A stretch of DNA of 64,000 nucleotides from a bacterium. GTDB taxonomy: Bacteria > Cyanobacteriota > Sericytochromatia > S15B-MN24 > UBA4093. Under the pieces are notes generated by a model that did not search any database, was not told the DNA's origin, and worked only from the letters and a program-made list of their open reading frames with translations. The stretch lies in NCBI GenBank assembly GCA_017744355.1, contig JAGIBK010000001.1, positions 771,694 to 835,693 on the forward strand, in the 5' to 3' direction. Of the stretch, positions 44,717 to 53,574 are shown one piece after another. The translations under genes and the position numbers were made by a program. Positions within the stretch are counted from its first letter, which is position 1; each line of letters begins with the position of its first letter.

Positions 44717-45334
44717 GTGATAGGAACTGATATGACCCAGGAAAATGGCTCGCCAGCAGGAAGGGCAAGGGAATGGACACTGGCTGGGCTGGCAACCGCA
44801 CTTGCTGCCGTGGCTGCCCTGCTTTGGGTTGGCGGCATCCTCGTTCAGTTGGCCAACCACAAAGCCCAGCCCGAGCTGGTCGTGGCCGAGATCTTGGCAG
44901 CCGAACTGCTTGCAGTGGCTGGCCTCTTGGCCCTGATGATCCGCCAGCACGCCATCAGCTTGGACGGACCAACCCGACTGGCTCTCGCGAGCTGCTTGGT
45001 GGTCGCTAACATGGTCCTCTTGCCCAGCCCGTCCCCGACCGGCATTATCGGAATGGTCCTGTTGTTATGGGGGATCGTGTTCTTGATGCTCCTGAGTGGC
45101 GGATTCTCGGCACTCCTCCGGCCAACACCCTATGCGATCCGGACCGGCACCGAAGCCAGTGGCTGTGCTGCCGCGTTGTACTCTCCCCTGCTCCTGTTTC
45201 CGCTGGGGTTGGCGTCCGCACTGATCTATACTGTTATGGGACGGATGCTGCTGATCTTCTTTGTTGGGGTCGGCCTCTTGGTGTTCGGGGCCTGTTTCCT
45301 CAAAGCCGCCCTGGAGGAGCGCTCTCAACCCTGA
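44717..45334 (+). CDS. Polytopic inner-membrane protein (about 5 TM, 205 aa)
   Basis: Multiple hydrophobic helices. No domain recognised. Confidence 0.4.
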   Translation: MIGTDMTQENGSPAGRAREWTLAGLATALAAVAALLWVGGILVQLANHKAQPELVVAEILAAELLAVAGLLALMIRQHAISLDGPTRLALASCLVVANMVLLPSPSPTGIIGMVLLLWGIVFLMLLSGGFSALLRPTPYAIRTGTEASGCAAALYSPLLLFPLGLASALIYTVMGRMLLIFFVGVGLLVFGACFLKAALEERSQP

Positions 45335-45372
45335 TGCAGGGTGCGGAGCAACGAAGGACAAGAGGGAGGACC

Positions 45373-46083
45373 ATGACTGGCGTTCGTAGAGGTACCGGTA
45401 GACGACAGGCGCGGGAGGGCGAGATCGGTCAGGCCGAGATTCGCCGCGATGTTGCCGCCTGGTCCCGCGAGCAGCTGGAGCAGTTCGCCATCGTGCAGAT
45501 CCTCAGCAGCACTGTGCTGCGCGATCGCCTGCGCCGCAAGCTGGCCGTGACTCGCAGTCCCGCTGCTGCGCTGGAACAGCTCATCGCCGACGTTGATCGG
45601 GTCCTGGACGTTGACTTCATCGAGAGGCGCGAGGTTCGATCGTTCATCGACGATCTCGATGAACTCCTGGCGGCCATCGAGACCATGGCGGAGGTTGCGC
45701 CCGAGCAGGCGGTTGATGCCGCCCTGCACTTCCTCGAGGCGATCCCCCGGGTCTTTGAACGCGTCTACGACGAGTGCGAGCTGGCGACGTTCTGCTCGGA
45801 GCTGGCAACCCTTGCTGTGAAGCTCGCTGCTCGCTCGTCCCGGGGCATCTGGACTACAGGACAGAAGCTCGTGAAGGCGTACCTGACTGACGACTACGGG
45901 CGGTTTGACGAAGTGCCAGAGATCATGGCCAAGGCCCAACTCGATCGGGATCAGCGCTTGGCGCTCGCCGGCATCCTCGAATCCGAGGCCGCTCGGCTTG
46001 ACCAGTTCCAGGGCGCTCGTCTAACAGCTGCAGCCCATCGCTTGCGACTTGCCCGGGGCCCGCGGCGGAAGGTTTCGACATAG
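45373..46083 (+). CDS. Hypothetical alpha-helical protein (236 aa)
   Basis: ATG at 45373 with an AGGGAGGA RBS. No domain recognised. Confidence 0.35.
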   Translation: MTGVRRGTGRRQAREGEIGQAEIRRDVAAWSREQLEQFAIVQILSSTVLRDRLRRKLAVTRSPAAALEQLIADVDRVLDVDFIERREVRSFIDDLDELLAAIETMAEVAPEQAVDAALHFLEAIPRVFERVYDECELATFCSELATLAVKLAARSSRGIWTTGQKLVKAYLTDDYGRFDEVPEIMAKAQLDRDQRLALAGILESEAARLDQFQGARLTAAAHRLRLARGPRRKVST

Positions 46084-46123
46084 GCGCTGTCTTGCACGCC
46101 CCCGGAGCCATGCGGAATCAGGG

Positions 46124-47032
46124 CTAATCCTCCTGGCCGAGCATCGTCCTGGCCTGCTTGCAGAACTCCTCCCAGGACAGCGCGCCCATCTGAACCTCGT
46201 CCTCCCACTCCCGGAGCTGCTCCACGATGTCGCTGTCCTCGAACCAGTCATCGAGCAGGTCATGGAGCTCTCGGAGGTTGGGAACGCGGGGGCCATCGAG
46301 CAGGGTGCGAACATCGGCGAGCAACTCCCGAAGAAGCCTCGCCTCCTCCTGTTTCGACGTTTCGTCCCGCAGCCCGTACTTCACCAGCAGCAAGTCGAGG
46401 CCCTCTTCCTCCTCCAGGGCGGTCCGCGCATCATCGGTGCCCCATTCGCCGCCGCATGAGAAGGCCAGTAGCTTGGTGCTGCTCCACATCAGGTGGCCAA
46501 GGTGAGACATCAGCTGCTCCTTGAAGGCCACTGGCAAGTCTGGCGTCCGATCGAGCAACCGCTGGATGTAGCGCACGTCCCTGACCTGATCGCTGGTCTT
46601 CTCGATGCACCAGGAGCTCATGTCGAACTGGAACTCCGGCGAGTGCAACTCGAACCGCTTGGTGCGGATGGGGGTGCCCAAATACGGCAGGAGCATGGCG
46701 CTCACGACGTAGGTGACGTCCTCGTCCTTCACGGTCCAGTACAGCGCCAGGATGCCTGTACCACCACCCGTCAGCCTTCCGGGCGTGAGCGAGACGAACG
46801 GTCCACTGCCGATCCCCTCGCCGGTCCAGATATCGCCGGCCCATCCTGCGGTACGCGCCTCCACCTGGGCTTCCTCGATGATGCCGAAGGCATGGGCCTT
46901 TCGCTCGGCGGACCCGGGCTCGTCCCCGGCCAGGCAGGCCAGGTAGGGCTCGAGTGCCAGGTTGGCAGGTAACGCGTCGGCGCCCTCGAGACGGTAGACG
47001 TAGCGGAGATGGAGCTTCGGCTCGGCTTGCAT
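46124..47032 (-). CDS. Hypothetical protein (302 aa)
   Basis: Long ORF on the opposite strand with an acidic C-terminal tail. No domain recognised. Confidence 0.35.
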   Translation of the reverse strand: MQAEPKLHLRYVYRLEGADALPANLALEPYLACLAGDEPGSAERKAHAFGIIEEAQVEARTAGWAGDIWTGEGIGSGPFVSLTPGRLTGGGTGILALYWTVKDEDVTYVVSAMLLPYLGTPIRTKRFELHSPEFQFDMSSWCIEKTSDQVRDVRYIQRLLDRTPDLPVAFKEQLMSHLGHLMWSSTKLLAFSCGGEWGTDDARTALEEEEGLDLLLVKYGLRDETSKQEEARLLRELLADVRTLLDGPRVPNLRELHDLLDDWFEDSDIVEQLREWEDEVQMGALSWEEFCKQARTMLGQED

Positions 47033-47501
47033 GTCTTGCCTCCAAGGGGCCGGGCGGTGGATAGAGCATAGATTTTAGCACGGTCAGCCGAATGCGCCGC
47101 GAAGGCTTTCCTCAGTGTCCGGCAGGAAGCTCGCCTCGGACTTCGACCTCGGCATCCTCCTTCTGCAACACTTCGGCGATGACGCGCGTCGTCACTGCCT
47201 CGAGGTGCTCGCTTGGATTCCCGAGACCCAAGCAGGCCAGCTTGACCAGCTGTAAGGTGCATGGACTGCAGTTGCGGCCCCTGCTGCGTCTCGCACGAGG
47301 TCCTAGCCGATCCTGTTACCTGACGCCCCCAGGCGCAGTGTGGCCGGCGTTTGACCTTTCAGGTGGCTTAGAATTTCGGAGAGCCCCGAGAGTTCCAGGC
47401 CAGATTAGCCCCGGCTCCTGTCTCTACCCCCTGTTTGGTTGGCTGGTTTTGCGGTAACCTTGTAGCCAAGGGTAGATTCCGAGGTCGCAGGGGCTATAAC
47501 A

Positions 47502-50441
47502 ATGTTTGCCAACAATCGTAAAGAGCTGAACCTGGTGAATCCGCCCGAGGGCAAGAAGGGCCTACGGGAAAGCCAGCTCGGTGCCGTGATGGCGGCAACC
47601 TCCCACTTCACGGTCAACCGGGACCCTGCGCTCATCTGCATGCCGACCGGGTCGGGCAAGACCGCGGTCCTGATGGCGCTCTGCTATCTCTTGTCAGCGA
47701 AAAAGGTTCTGCTCATCACGCCAAGTCAGCTCGTCCGCAGGCAGATCGCTAAGGATTTCAGCGAGCTTGCGACGCTTCAGCGGATCGGGCTGCTGCCTAC
47801 GACTGTCGCCGCACCCCGGGTCATTGAGGTGAAGAACCGGGTCAAGGACGAGGCCGCCTGGCAGAAGCTGCTGGCTGAGTACGACGTGCTGGTTGCAACC
47901 CCCAACAGCGTCAGCCCCTCGACGAAGAGTGGCATCTCGCCGCCACCAGATGGCGCCTTCGACGTCGTTCTTGTTGATGAGGCTCACCATAGCCGAGCGA
48001 AGACCTGGGCGGATCTGCTTGCGCAGTTTCCGACTGCGAAGCAGATTCTCTTGACCGCAACGCCTTTCAGGCGCGACGGGCGCGACATTCGCGCCCGCTT
48101 TGTCTACAACTACCCCTTGCGCAAGGCGGTCGAAGACGAGACCTTCGGCGAGATCCAGTACGTGCCCATCGACGTGGAACCGGAAAAGGTGGACCGGGAG
48201 ATAGCCAAAAAGGTCGAAGCGATTTTTTTGGAGGACAAGAAGGCGGGCCTCGAGCATCGCGTCATCGTGCGCACCAGCCGCAAAGACCGGGCTGATGAGC
48301 TGTATGACCTCTACAAAACGCACGCCCCCAGCCTGCGGCTCGCGGTCGTGAGCAGCAATAAGTCGATGGCGGTTATCGAAAAGGCCATCGACGGACTCGA
48401 GAAGGGCGACCTGGATGGCATCATTTGCGTCGACATGTTGGGTGAGGGCTTTGATATGCCCAATCTCAAGATCGCGGGCCTGCATGCCCCCCATAAGTCG
48501 CTGGCCATAACGCTCCAGTTCATCGGTCGGTTTGCTCGAACCATTGTCAAGCAGAGCGGCCAGAAAATCGGCCCGGCCAAGTTCGTGGCGGCGCTCAATG
48601 ACATGGAGATCGAGAAGGAGAAGCTCTTCAGGGAAGACGCCGATTGGAAGCGCATCATCGTAGATCTCAGCGAGAAGCGTATCGGCACGGAGCTTTCGAC
48701 CCAGGAGTTCTTTGAGGCGTTCGATGTGCTCAAGGAGCCGATGGATGCCGACGTGCCGCAGTACCTCTCCAAGACGAGCTTCCGACCTTTCTGCCACGTC
48801 AAGGTCTTTGAGGTCGTGGGTGGGTTCGCCCTGCGCGCGAGTCTTGATTCGCCCAATCACGACGTGCTGTTCCATGAGATCAGCGTCAAGCATCAGACCG
48901 CAGTCATTGTCTGGGCAACCCGCAAGAAGCCAAAGTGGCTGAAAGACGATGTCTTGAGCAATGTCACCCACGAGATGGTCGTCGTCCACTACGACCCGAC
49001 AACCCGGTTGATGTTCGTTTGCTCCACCGACCGAAGGGAGGAGTTCTACGCGCACGTCCTCAGTCAGTTCGTGGGGGGGATGTACCGCGAGCTGCCCTTG
49101 ACGGTGCTCCGGCGGGCGATGGCCGGTTGGACGGACGAGCGGTTCAGTAGCGTAGGCATGCGTAGTCGCCGCTTCCGGACCGGCACCGAGTCCTATCAGA
49201 TCAAGGCGGGCTCGAATACTCAGCTGGCCGTACATGCGTCGGACGGCCAGAACTACGTGGGGGGGCATCATGTCGGCAGCGGCAAGAACGAGAAGGGCCA
49301 GACCGTCTTGCTGGGGCTCAGCGGCACGTCCAAGATGTGGACGATCAAGTACGTTCCAATACCTGAGCTTATCGAGTGGTGCGATGAGCTCGCTGTAAAG
49401 GTTTCCGACGAGACCCATGACCAAGCAAAGTTACCACTCGGGGACGTCTTCGAGTACGGTGAGCAAATTACAGCATTCCCCAATGGCCTGGATCCGTTTG
49501 CCGGCGAATGGCACATGGATGTCTTCAAGAATGGGCACCGGGCGAGACTCGTCGACAGCAATGGCTCTTCAACTGTAGCGCCGCTTCAGGACCTCGAGTT
49601 GCAGGTTGATCCTAAGCAGAGCACCACCAACCGACTCGTGTTCACCATTGGCAAGGGCTCCACCAACGTCGAATTCGATTTGGTCCTCAAGCCCTTCCCG
49701 ACGTTCTCTGTGACCCCAGGCCAATCTTGCGCCTTGTACGCGTGCCACGGGCAAGACGTAGACGGCGACTTCGTGACCTACCTCAACGGAAAGCCGCCTG
49801 TCTTCTACTTTGAGGATATGTCCTCCCTCGCACAGAAAGATGTCTACGTGGCTCGCAAGACCGACGTTGTCCATTTCCCTGTCGGCCGGCTAGATTGCGT
49901 TGACTGGAAGGTCGCCAAGGTAGACATTCGGCAAGAAGTGACCACGTCGAAGGTGGGGCACACCTCGATCCACGACCATTTGAAGAAGGCGCTTTTGCCC
50001 TTGTTCGACGTGCTCATCTACGACCAAGGTGCAGGCGAGGTGGCCGACTTCATCGGATTCGAGAATGGGGCGACACCCCGCGTCGTACTCTACCACTGCA
50101 AGGGCTCGGGCAAGACCACAGCAGGTAGCCGGGTCGACGACCTCTATGAGGTTTGCGGTCAGGCCATCAAATCCGTTCAATGGGCAGATAAGCGCCGTTT
50201 GCTCGAGAACCTCAATAACACCAACCGCAAGGTCAGGCAGTACCTCAAGGGGACGGCCGCGGACGCCCAAGCCATCGTAGCGGCGATTGGCGGCCGTGAC
50301 TTCGCTCTCGAAATCGTCATCGTCCAACCAGGGCTCAAATCCAAGCCCAAGGTCGTGGACCGTCTTGCCCGCCTCCTCGGTGCTGTAGATGAGCATCTCC
50401 ACTCCAGTACGGGCTCTCAGCTGCGGGTGATGTGTTCCTGA
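47502..50441 (+). CDS. SF2 DEAH-box helicase with C-terminal PD-(D/E)xK/NERD-like nuclease-type domain (979 aa)
   Basis: Motif I CMPTGSGKTAV. Motif II VLVDEAHH. Motif III LLTATP. Motif VI QFIGRFART. C-terminal candidate nuclease core (FDVLIYDQGAGEVADF...VVLYHCKGSG). Confidence 0.7.
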   Translation: MFANNRKELNLVNPPEGKKGLRESQLGAVMAATSHFTVNRDPALICMPTGSGKTAVLMALCYLLSAKKVLLITPSQLVRRQIAKDFSELATLQRIGLLPTTVAAPRVIEVKNRVKDEAAWQKLLAEYDVLVATPNSVSPSTKSGISPPPDGAFDVVLVDEAHHSRAKTWADLLAQFPTAKQILLTATPFRRDGRDIRARFVYNYPLRKAVEDETFGEIQYVPIDVEPEKVDREIAKKVEAIFLEDKKAGLEHRVIVRTSRKDRADELYDLYKTHAPSLRLAVVSSNKSMAVIEKAIDGLEKGDLDGIICVDMLGEGFDMPNLKIAGLHAPHKSLAITLQFIGRFARTIVKQSGQKIGPAKFVAALNDMEIEKEKLFREDADWKRIIVDLSEKRIGTELSTQEFFEAFDVLKEPMDADVPQYLSKTSFRPFCHVKVFEVVGGFALRASLDSPNHDVLFHEISVKHQTAVIVWATRKKPKWLKDDVLSNVTHEMVVVHYDPTTRLMFVCSTDRREEFYAHVLSQFVGGMYRELPLTVLRRAMAGWTDERFSSVGMRSRRFRTGTESYQIKAGSNTQLAVHASDGQNYVGGHHVGSGKNEKGQTVLLGLSGTSKMWTIKYVPIPELIEWCDELAVKVSDETHDQAKLPLGDVFEYGEQITAFPNGLDPFAGEWHMDVFKNGHRARLVDSNGSSTVAPLQDLELQVDPKQSTTNRLVFTIGKGSTNVEFDLVLKPFPTFSVTPGQSCALYACHGQDVDGDFVTYLNGKPPVFYFEDMSSLAQKDVYVARKTDVVHFPVGRLDCVDWKVAKVDIRQEVTTSKVGHTSIHDHLKKALLPLFDVLIYDQGAGEVADFIGFENGATPRVVLYHCKGSGKTTAGSRVDDLYEVCGQAIKSVQWADKRRLLENLNNTNRKVRQYLKGTAADAQAIVAAIGGRDFALEIVIVQPGLKSKPKVVDRLARLLGAVDEHLHSSTGSQLRVMCS

Positions 50442-50767
50442 ACCCCAGCCAACCGATGAAATAGAATGAATCAGTTAATGTGACCCATAGTGGGGTTTGT
50501 TGGCCGATATTGATGGTGGAGGTGACTACCAGTAAATGGGGGCAGGTCCGGCGGTGTGCACCAAGGATAGCCTTGCCATGAGACTCGATCGTCGCCAGGC
50601 GTGACAGTTCGAAGCCAGATGCGCAGCCCCATTCCAAAAGGGCGGATGGATCAGGCCGCAAGCTAAGCTGCGCACTGTTCGCGCGCCTTTTTGGACTAGC
50701 AAATGTTAACCCTTCAGCTGTATCGGGTACACCAAGGTGCCGCCCACTGAATCGAGAGGGTAGAACG

Positions 50768-52036
50768 ATGACCAACAACTTTGAAGAGCGCCTCAAGAAC
50801 GTGCGTGATCTTCTCCGATCCACCGATGAGATGTTCGAAAACGCCGTAAGCTATCTCCCGAAGGACATCCAGAAATTTATCCGTGAACAGGTCTACGACC
50901 GCCTTTTTGGTGAGCTAAGGGAGTCTATCGTTCAGTCTCGCCCGCCCCGCATCATGGTCATCGGACGTACGGGCCACGGCAAGTCGTCGTTCATCAATGC
51001 CCTGGCGGGGCGGAGGGTTGCCGAAACCAGCAAGGATAGACCTGGTCAGCACCAAGCCGAGGAGCATCCCATCGTCTTTCCAAGTGGGTTCTCATGGAAC
51101 GTAATTGACTCCCGCGGGCTTTTCGATGCGACGACTCCGGATGGGGCCAGCGAAACGAATGCCGCAGACACCCTAAAGAGAGACTTGGAAACGTACGATC
51201 CTGATGTAATCATCCACGTTCTGCCGGCGAACGAGCGAGCAATCAGCGAGGACCTAACGGTCTTCCGTCGCTTCCAGGATGGATTCCGGGTCTCAAAGCC
51301 AACCATCATAGTCTTGAACAAGGCCGACGCAGTCAATCCGCTTAGAGCCTGGCCTCCCGAGGCATACCCCCAGAAGGCCGGCGAGTTGTTGGCCCACATG
51401 CGATACCTTGCCGATGAAGTTCTGCGGGTCGAGCACGAGGATCTCGTGGAAGATAGACCCTTCTTGGGATTCTTGGTAAAGGACAGCGCGTATCAGGCAA
51501 TCATTCCCGTGGCGTCTTACCGTGAGGAAGGCGAAGAAGAGTGCGTTTGGAACCATGATTTGGTTCGTTCATTCATCGGTAATGTTCTGCCCAAAAGTGC
51601 TCAGTTCTCCTTTTACGTTGCGCAGAACAACATGAGCTTATTGCGTGAGTACACAGACAACATCATAAACTCGTTTGTTGTTGCAGCGGGAGGGGTTGGC
51701 GGCACTCCGATACCCGTTGCCGATATTGTCGTTCTTACACCTCTGCAAATGCTGATGATCGCTCTAATTGGAACAATGGCCGGACGTCCTCCGTCGATGG
51801 ACACCGCGACGGAGTTCCTTGCCGCGGCTGGCGTCAATGTGGGCGTCGGACTTGGACTACGGGCCGCTGCCCAAACCATCTTGAGGGTCTTCCCGCCGAC
51901 TGCCCCTTTCGCTCCCTTTATCAGCGCGGGCGTCGCGTCACAGGGAACCTTGGCCTTGGGCAAGGCGGCACAGGCGTACTTCTTCAAGGATGTGACTGAT
52001 CCCGGAGGTGCCGGAAAAGTCCCCGTTACACCGTAG
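50768..52036 (+). CDS. P-loop GTPase with C-terminal DUF697-like hydrophobic domain (422 aa)
   Basis: G1 IMVIGRTGHGKSSFINALAG. G3 DSRG. G4 LNKAD. The C-terminal G/A-rich hydrophobic region resembles DUF697. Lower GC than its surroundings. Confidence 0.6.
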   Translation: MTNNFEERLKNVRDLLRSTDEMFENAVSYLPKDIQKFIREQVYDRLFGELRESIVQSRPPRIMVIGRTGHGKSSFINALAGRRVAETSKDRPGQHQAEEHPIVFPSGFSWNVIDSRGLFDATTPDGASETNAADTLKRDLETYDPDVIIHVLPANERAISEDLTVFRRFQDGFRVSKPTIIVLNKADAVNPLRAWPPEAYPQKAGELLAHMRYLADEVLRVEHEDLVEDRPFLGFLVKDSAYQAIIPVASYREEGEEECVWNHDLVRSFIGNVLPKSAQFSFYVAQNNMSLLREYTDNIINSFVVAAGGVGGTPIPVADIVVLTPLQMLMIALIGTMAGRPPSMDTATEFLAAAGVNVGVGLGLRAAAQTILRVFPPTAPFAPFISAGVASQGTLALGKAAQAYFFKDVTDPGGAGKVPVTP

Positions 52037-52229
52037 GGACACGGTCGTCTGCCTACGGGAACCGCCTATGAAGTAACGGGCATGCGAACCTGCATCTTCC
52101 AAACACCCTTCAAACGGTGGATGTCGCAGATCAATTGCTTGATCTCGGCTGGCAGCCGCGCCAGAGCTTGATTCGACGGGCAACCATGATGACAGAACAC
52201 CCAGCGGCTCGGTTTAGCGAGTCTGGACC

Positions 52230-52280
52230 CACCGTTGACATCGTAGAGGTCACTGGTTCGAATCCAGTTGTGCCCACTAA
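52230..52280 (+). other. tRNA 3'-half remnant (T-arm + acceptor 3' strand): putative integration att repeat
   Basis: ...gtagaggtc ACTGG TTCGAAT CCAGT tgtgccc a. This gives a canonical T-stem/loop (TTCGAAT) and a 7-nt acceptor 3' strand. No complementary 5' acceptor strand (gggcaca) lies upstream. The 3' tail is cta, not CCA. Confidence 0.45.
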
Positions 52281-52543
52281 AGAACCCCGGATTAGCGATT
52301 CATCTCGCTTTCCGGGGTTCTTTCTTTGCGGAAGCCGAGTTCAAGGCCCAGCCGCCAAGTTCGCATCGACCCGCCCCCGCCTCCTCTGCGAGAAAAATTC
52401 TGGTGGAGGCGCGATTTAACAAGAGGCGAGAAAGCGTTAGCGTTCAGTCATCTGCAGGATGTCTACCTTGGTGTGTGACCTTGCCCCGGGAGGCCCGAGC
52501 GCCGAACCCGTTTCCGCTTCGGCCCCCACAAGAGGAGGCAACC

Positions 52544-53335
52544 ATGTGTCGTTCGGGATGGCTTGTCGGCCTGTGTGCCGTGGGGATCGCTTGCATGACC
52601 GGCTGCGCCGGGATACCTGGCACGTCGAGTGGGGACCTCAGCGGGGCCCAGTCCGGCTTTGCGCTCACCGTCCCGGCCCCAGACGGCTATCAGGGCACCG
52701 GCGATCTGAGCATGCGCTTCACAATGCCCCGTGGTACGGACTACGAGCTCGCGGCCCTCGGCTCGGACATCGAGCGGATTGACGTCATCCTCACCGCACA
52801 GGGCGCCATCTCCTTGCCCCCAGGCATCCCGCTGCCGTTCCCCGCCTCGCAACCCAAAGGGATGCCGACCCATCCGAGCACGGAGCCCGTGAACGCTCCG
52901 CCCCTGCCCCCGAAGGACCTGGAAACATTTCCCAACATCCTGACCGACCCGCCGCCCCCGGGGGCTCCCACCACTCCTTACCCTGTTCCCGCACCGCCCC
53001 CCCGCCTGGAGAAGCCCTTGTATCATCCCAACGTGCTCGCCAAGGCGTCCATCAGCCGCGGTGAGCTGGACAAAGGTCAAGGAGATGTCGTCTTCAACGG
53101 CCTAAAGGCCGGGGTCTACGGTATCGAGCTCGTGGCGTTCGGCCGAGATGGCCAGCAGATCGCCACCTCCATGCAGAGCGCGACGATCCGCGACGGACAA
53201 ACCGTCAGCGTGAACGCCACCTTCCCCCTCGGCGGACAGGGAAGCGGGACCAACGTCACCACGAGCGTCACGACCGGCCCCGGAACTCTGGTTTCAGCAA
53301 GCGCCGGAGGCGAGGTCCCCCCCGCGCGCCCATAA
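52544..53335 (+). CDS. Proline-rich lipoprotein (263 aa)
   Basis: AGGAGG RBS. MCRSGWLVGLCAVGIACMTGC is a lipoprotein signal. Pro-rich linker (PPLPPKDL...PPPPGAPTTPYPVPAPPP). Confidence 0.5.
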   Translation: MCRSGWLVGLCAVGIACMTGCAGIPGTSSGDLSGAQSGFALTVPAPDGYQGTGDLSMRFTMPRGTDYELAALGSDIERIDVILTAQGAISLPPGIPLPFPASQPKGMPTHPSTEPVNAPPLPPKDLETFPNILTDPPPPGAPTTPYPVPAPPPRLEKPLYHPNVLAKASISRGELDKGQGDVVFNGLKAGVYGIELVAFGRDGQQIATSMQSATIRDGQTVSVNATFPLGGQGSGTNVTTSVTTGPGTLVSASAGGEVPPARP

Positions 53336-53574
53336 CGGCCCGAGAGGCAGGTCTGTCGCGGGCGATCGCCGAAGCGGGTCTCGGAGGCCTCCTCCGCAAC
53401 CCGCTTCCTTGGGAAGAATGTTTTCTCAACCTGCTCGTATTAAACGAATGGAACCGCGTGGATCAACGACGAGCATGGCGACCGACAGGATTCCTTGTTG
53501 CCCCCTGAGCGTCGCAACCGGCTGAAGCGCTCCGAGGAGCGCAGCTGCCAGGCGCAAAGTGAAGGTCAAGCACC

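Noticed and set aside
52171-52280. A complete tRNA gene at about 52.2 kb
   Set aside because: Only the T-arm and the acceptor 3' strand are present. The required 5' acceptor strand (gggcaca) is not found 65-90 nt upstream, and the 3' tail is CTA, not CCA. I therefore call it a remnant or att repeat, not a functional tRNA.
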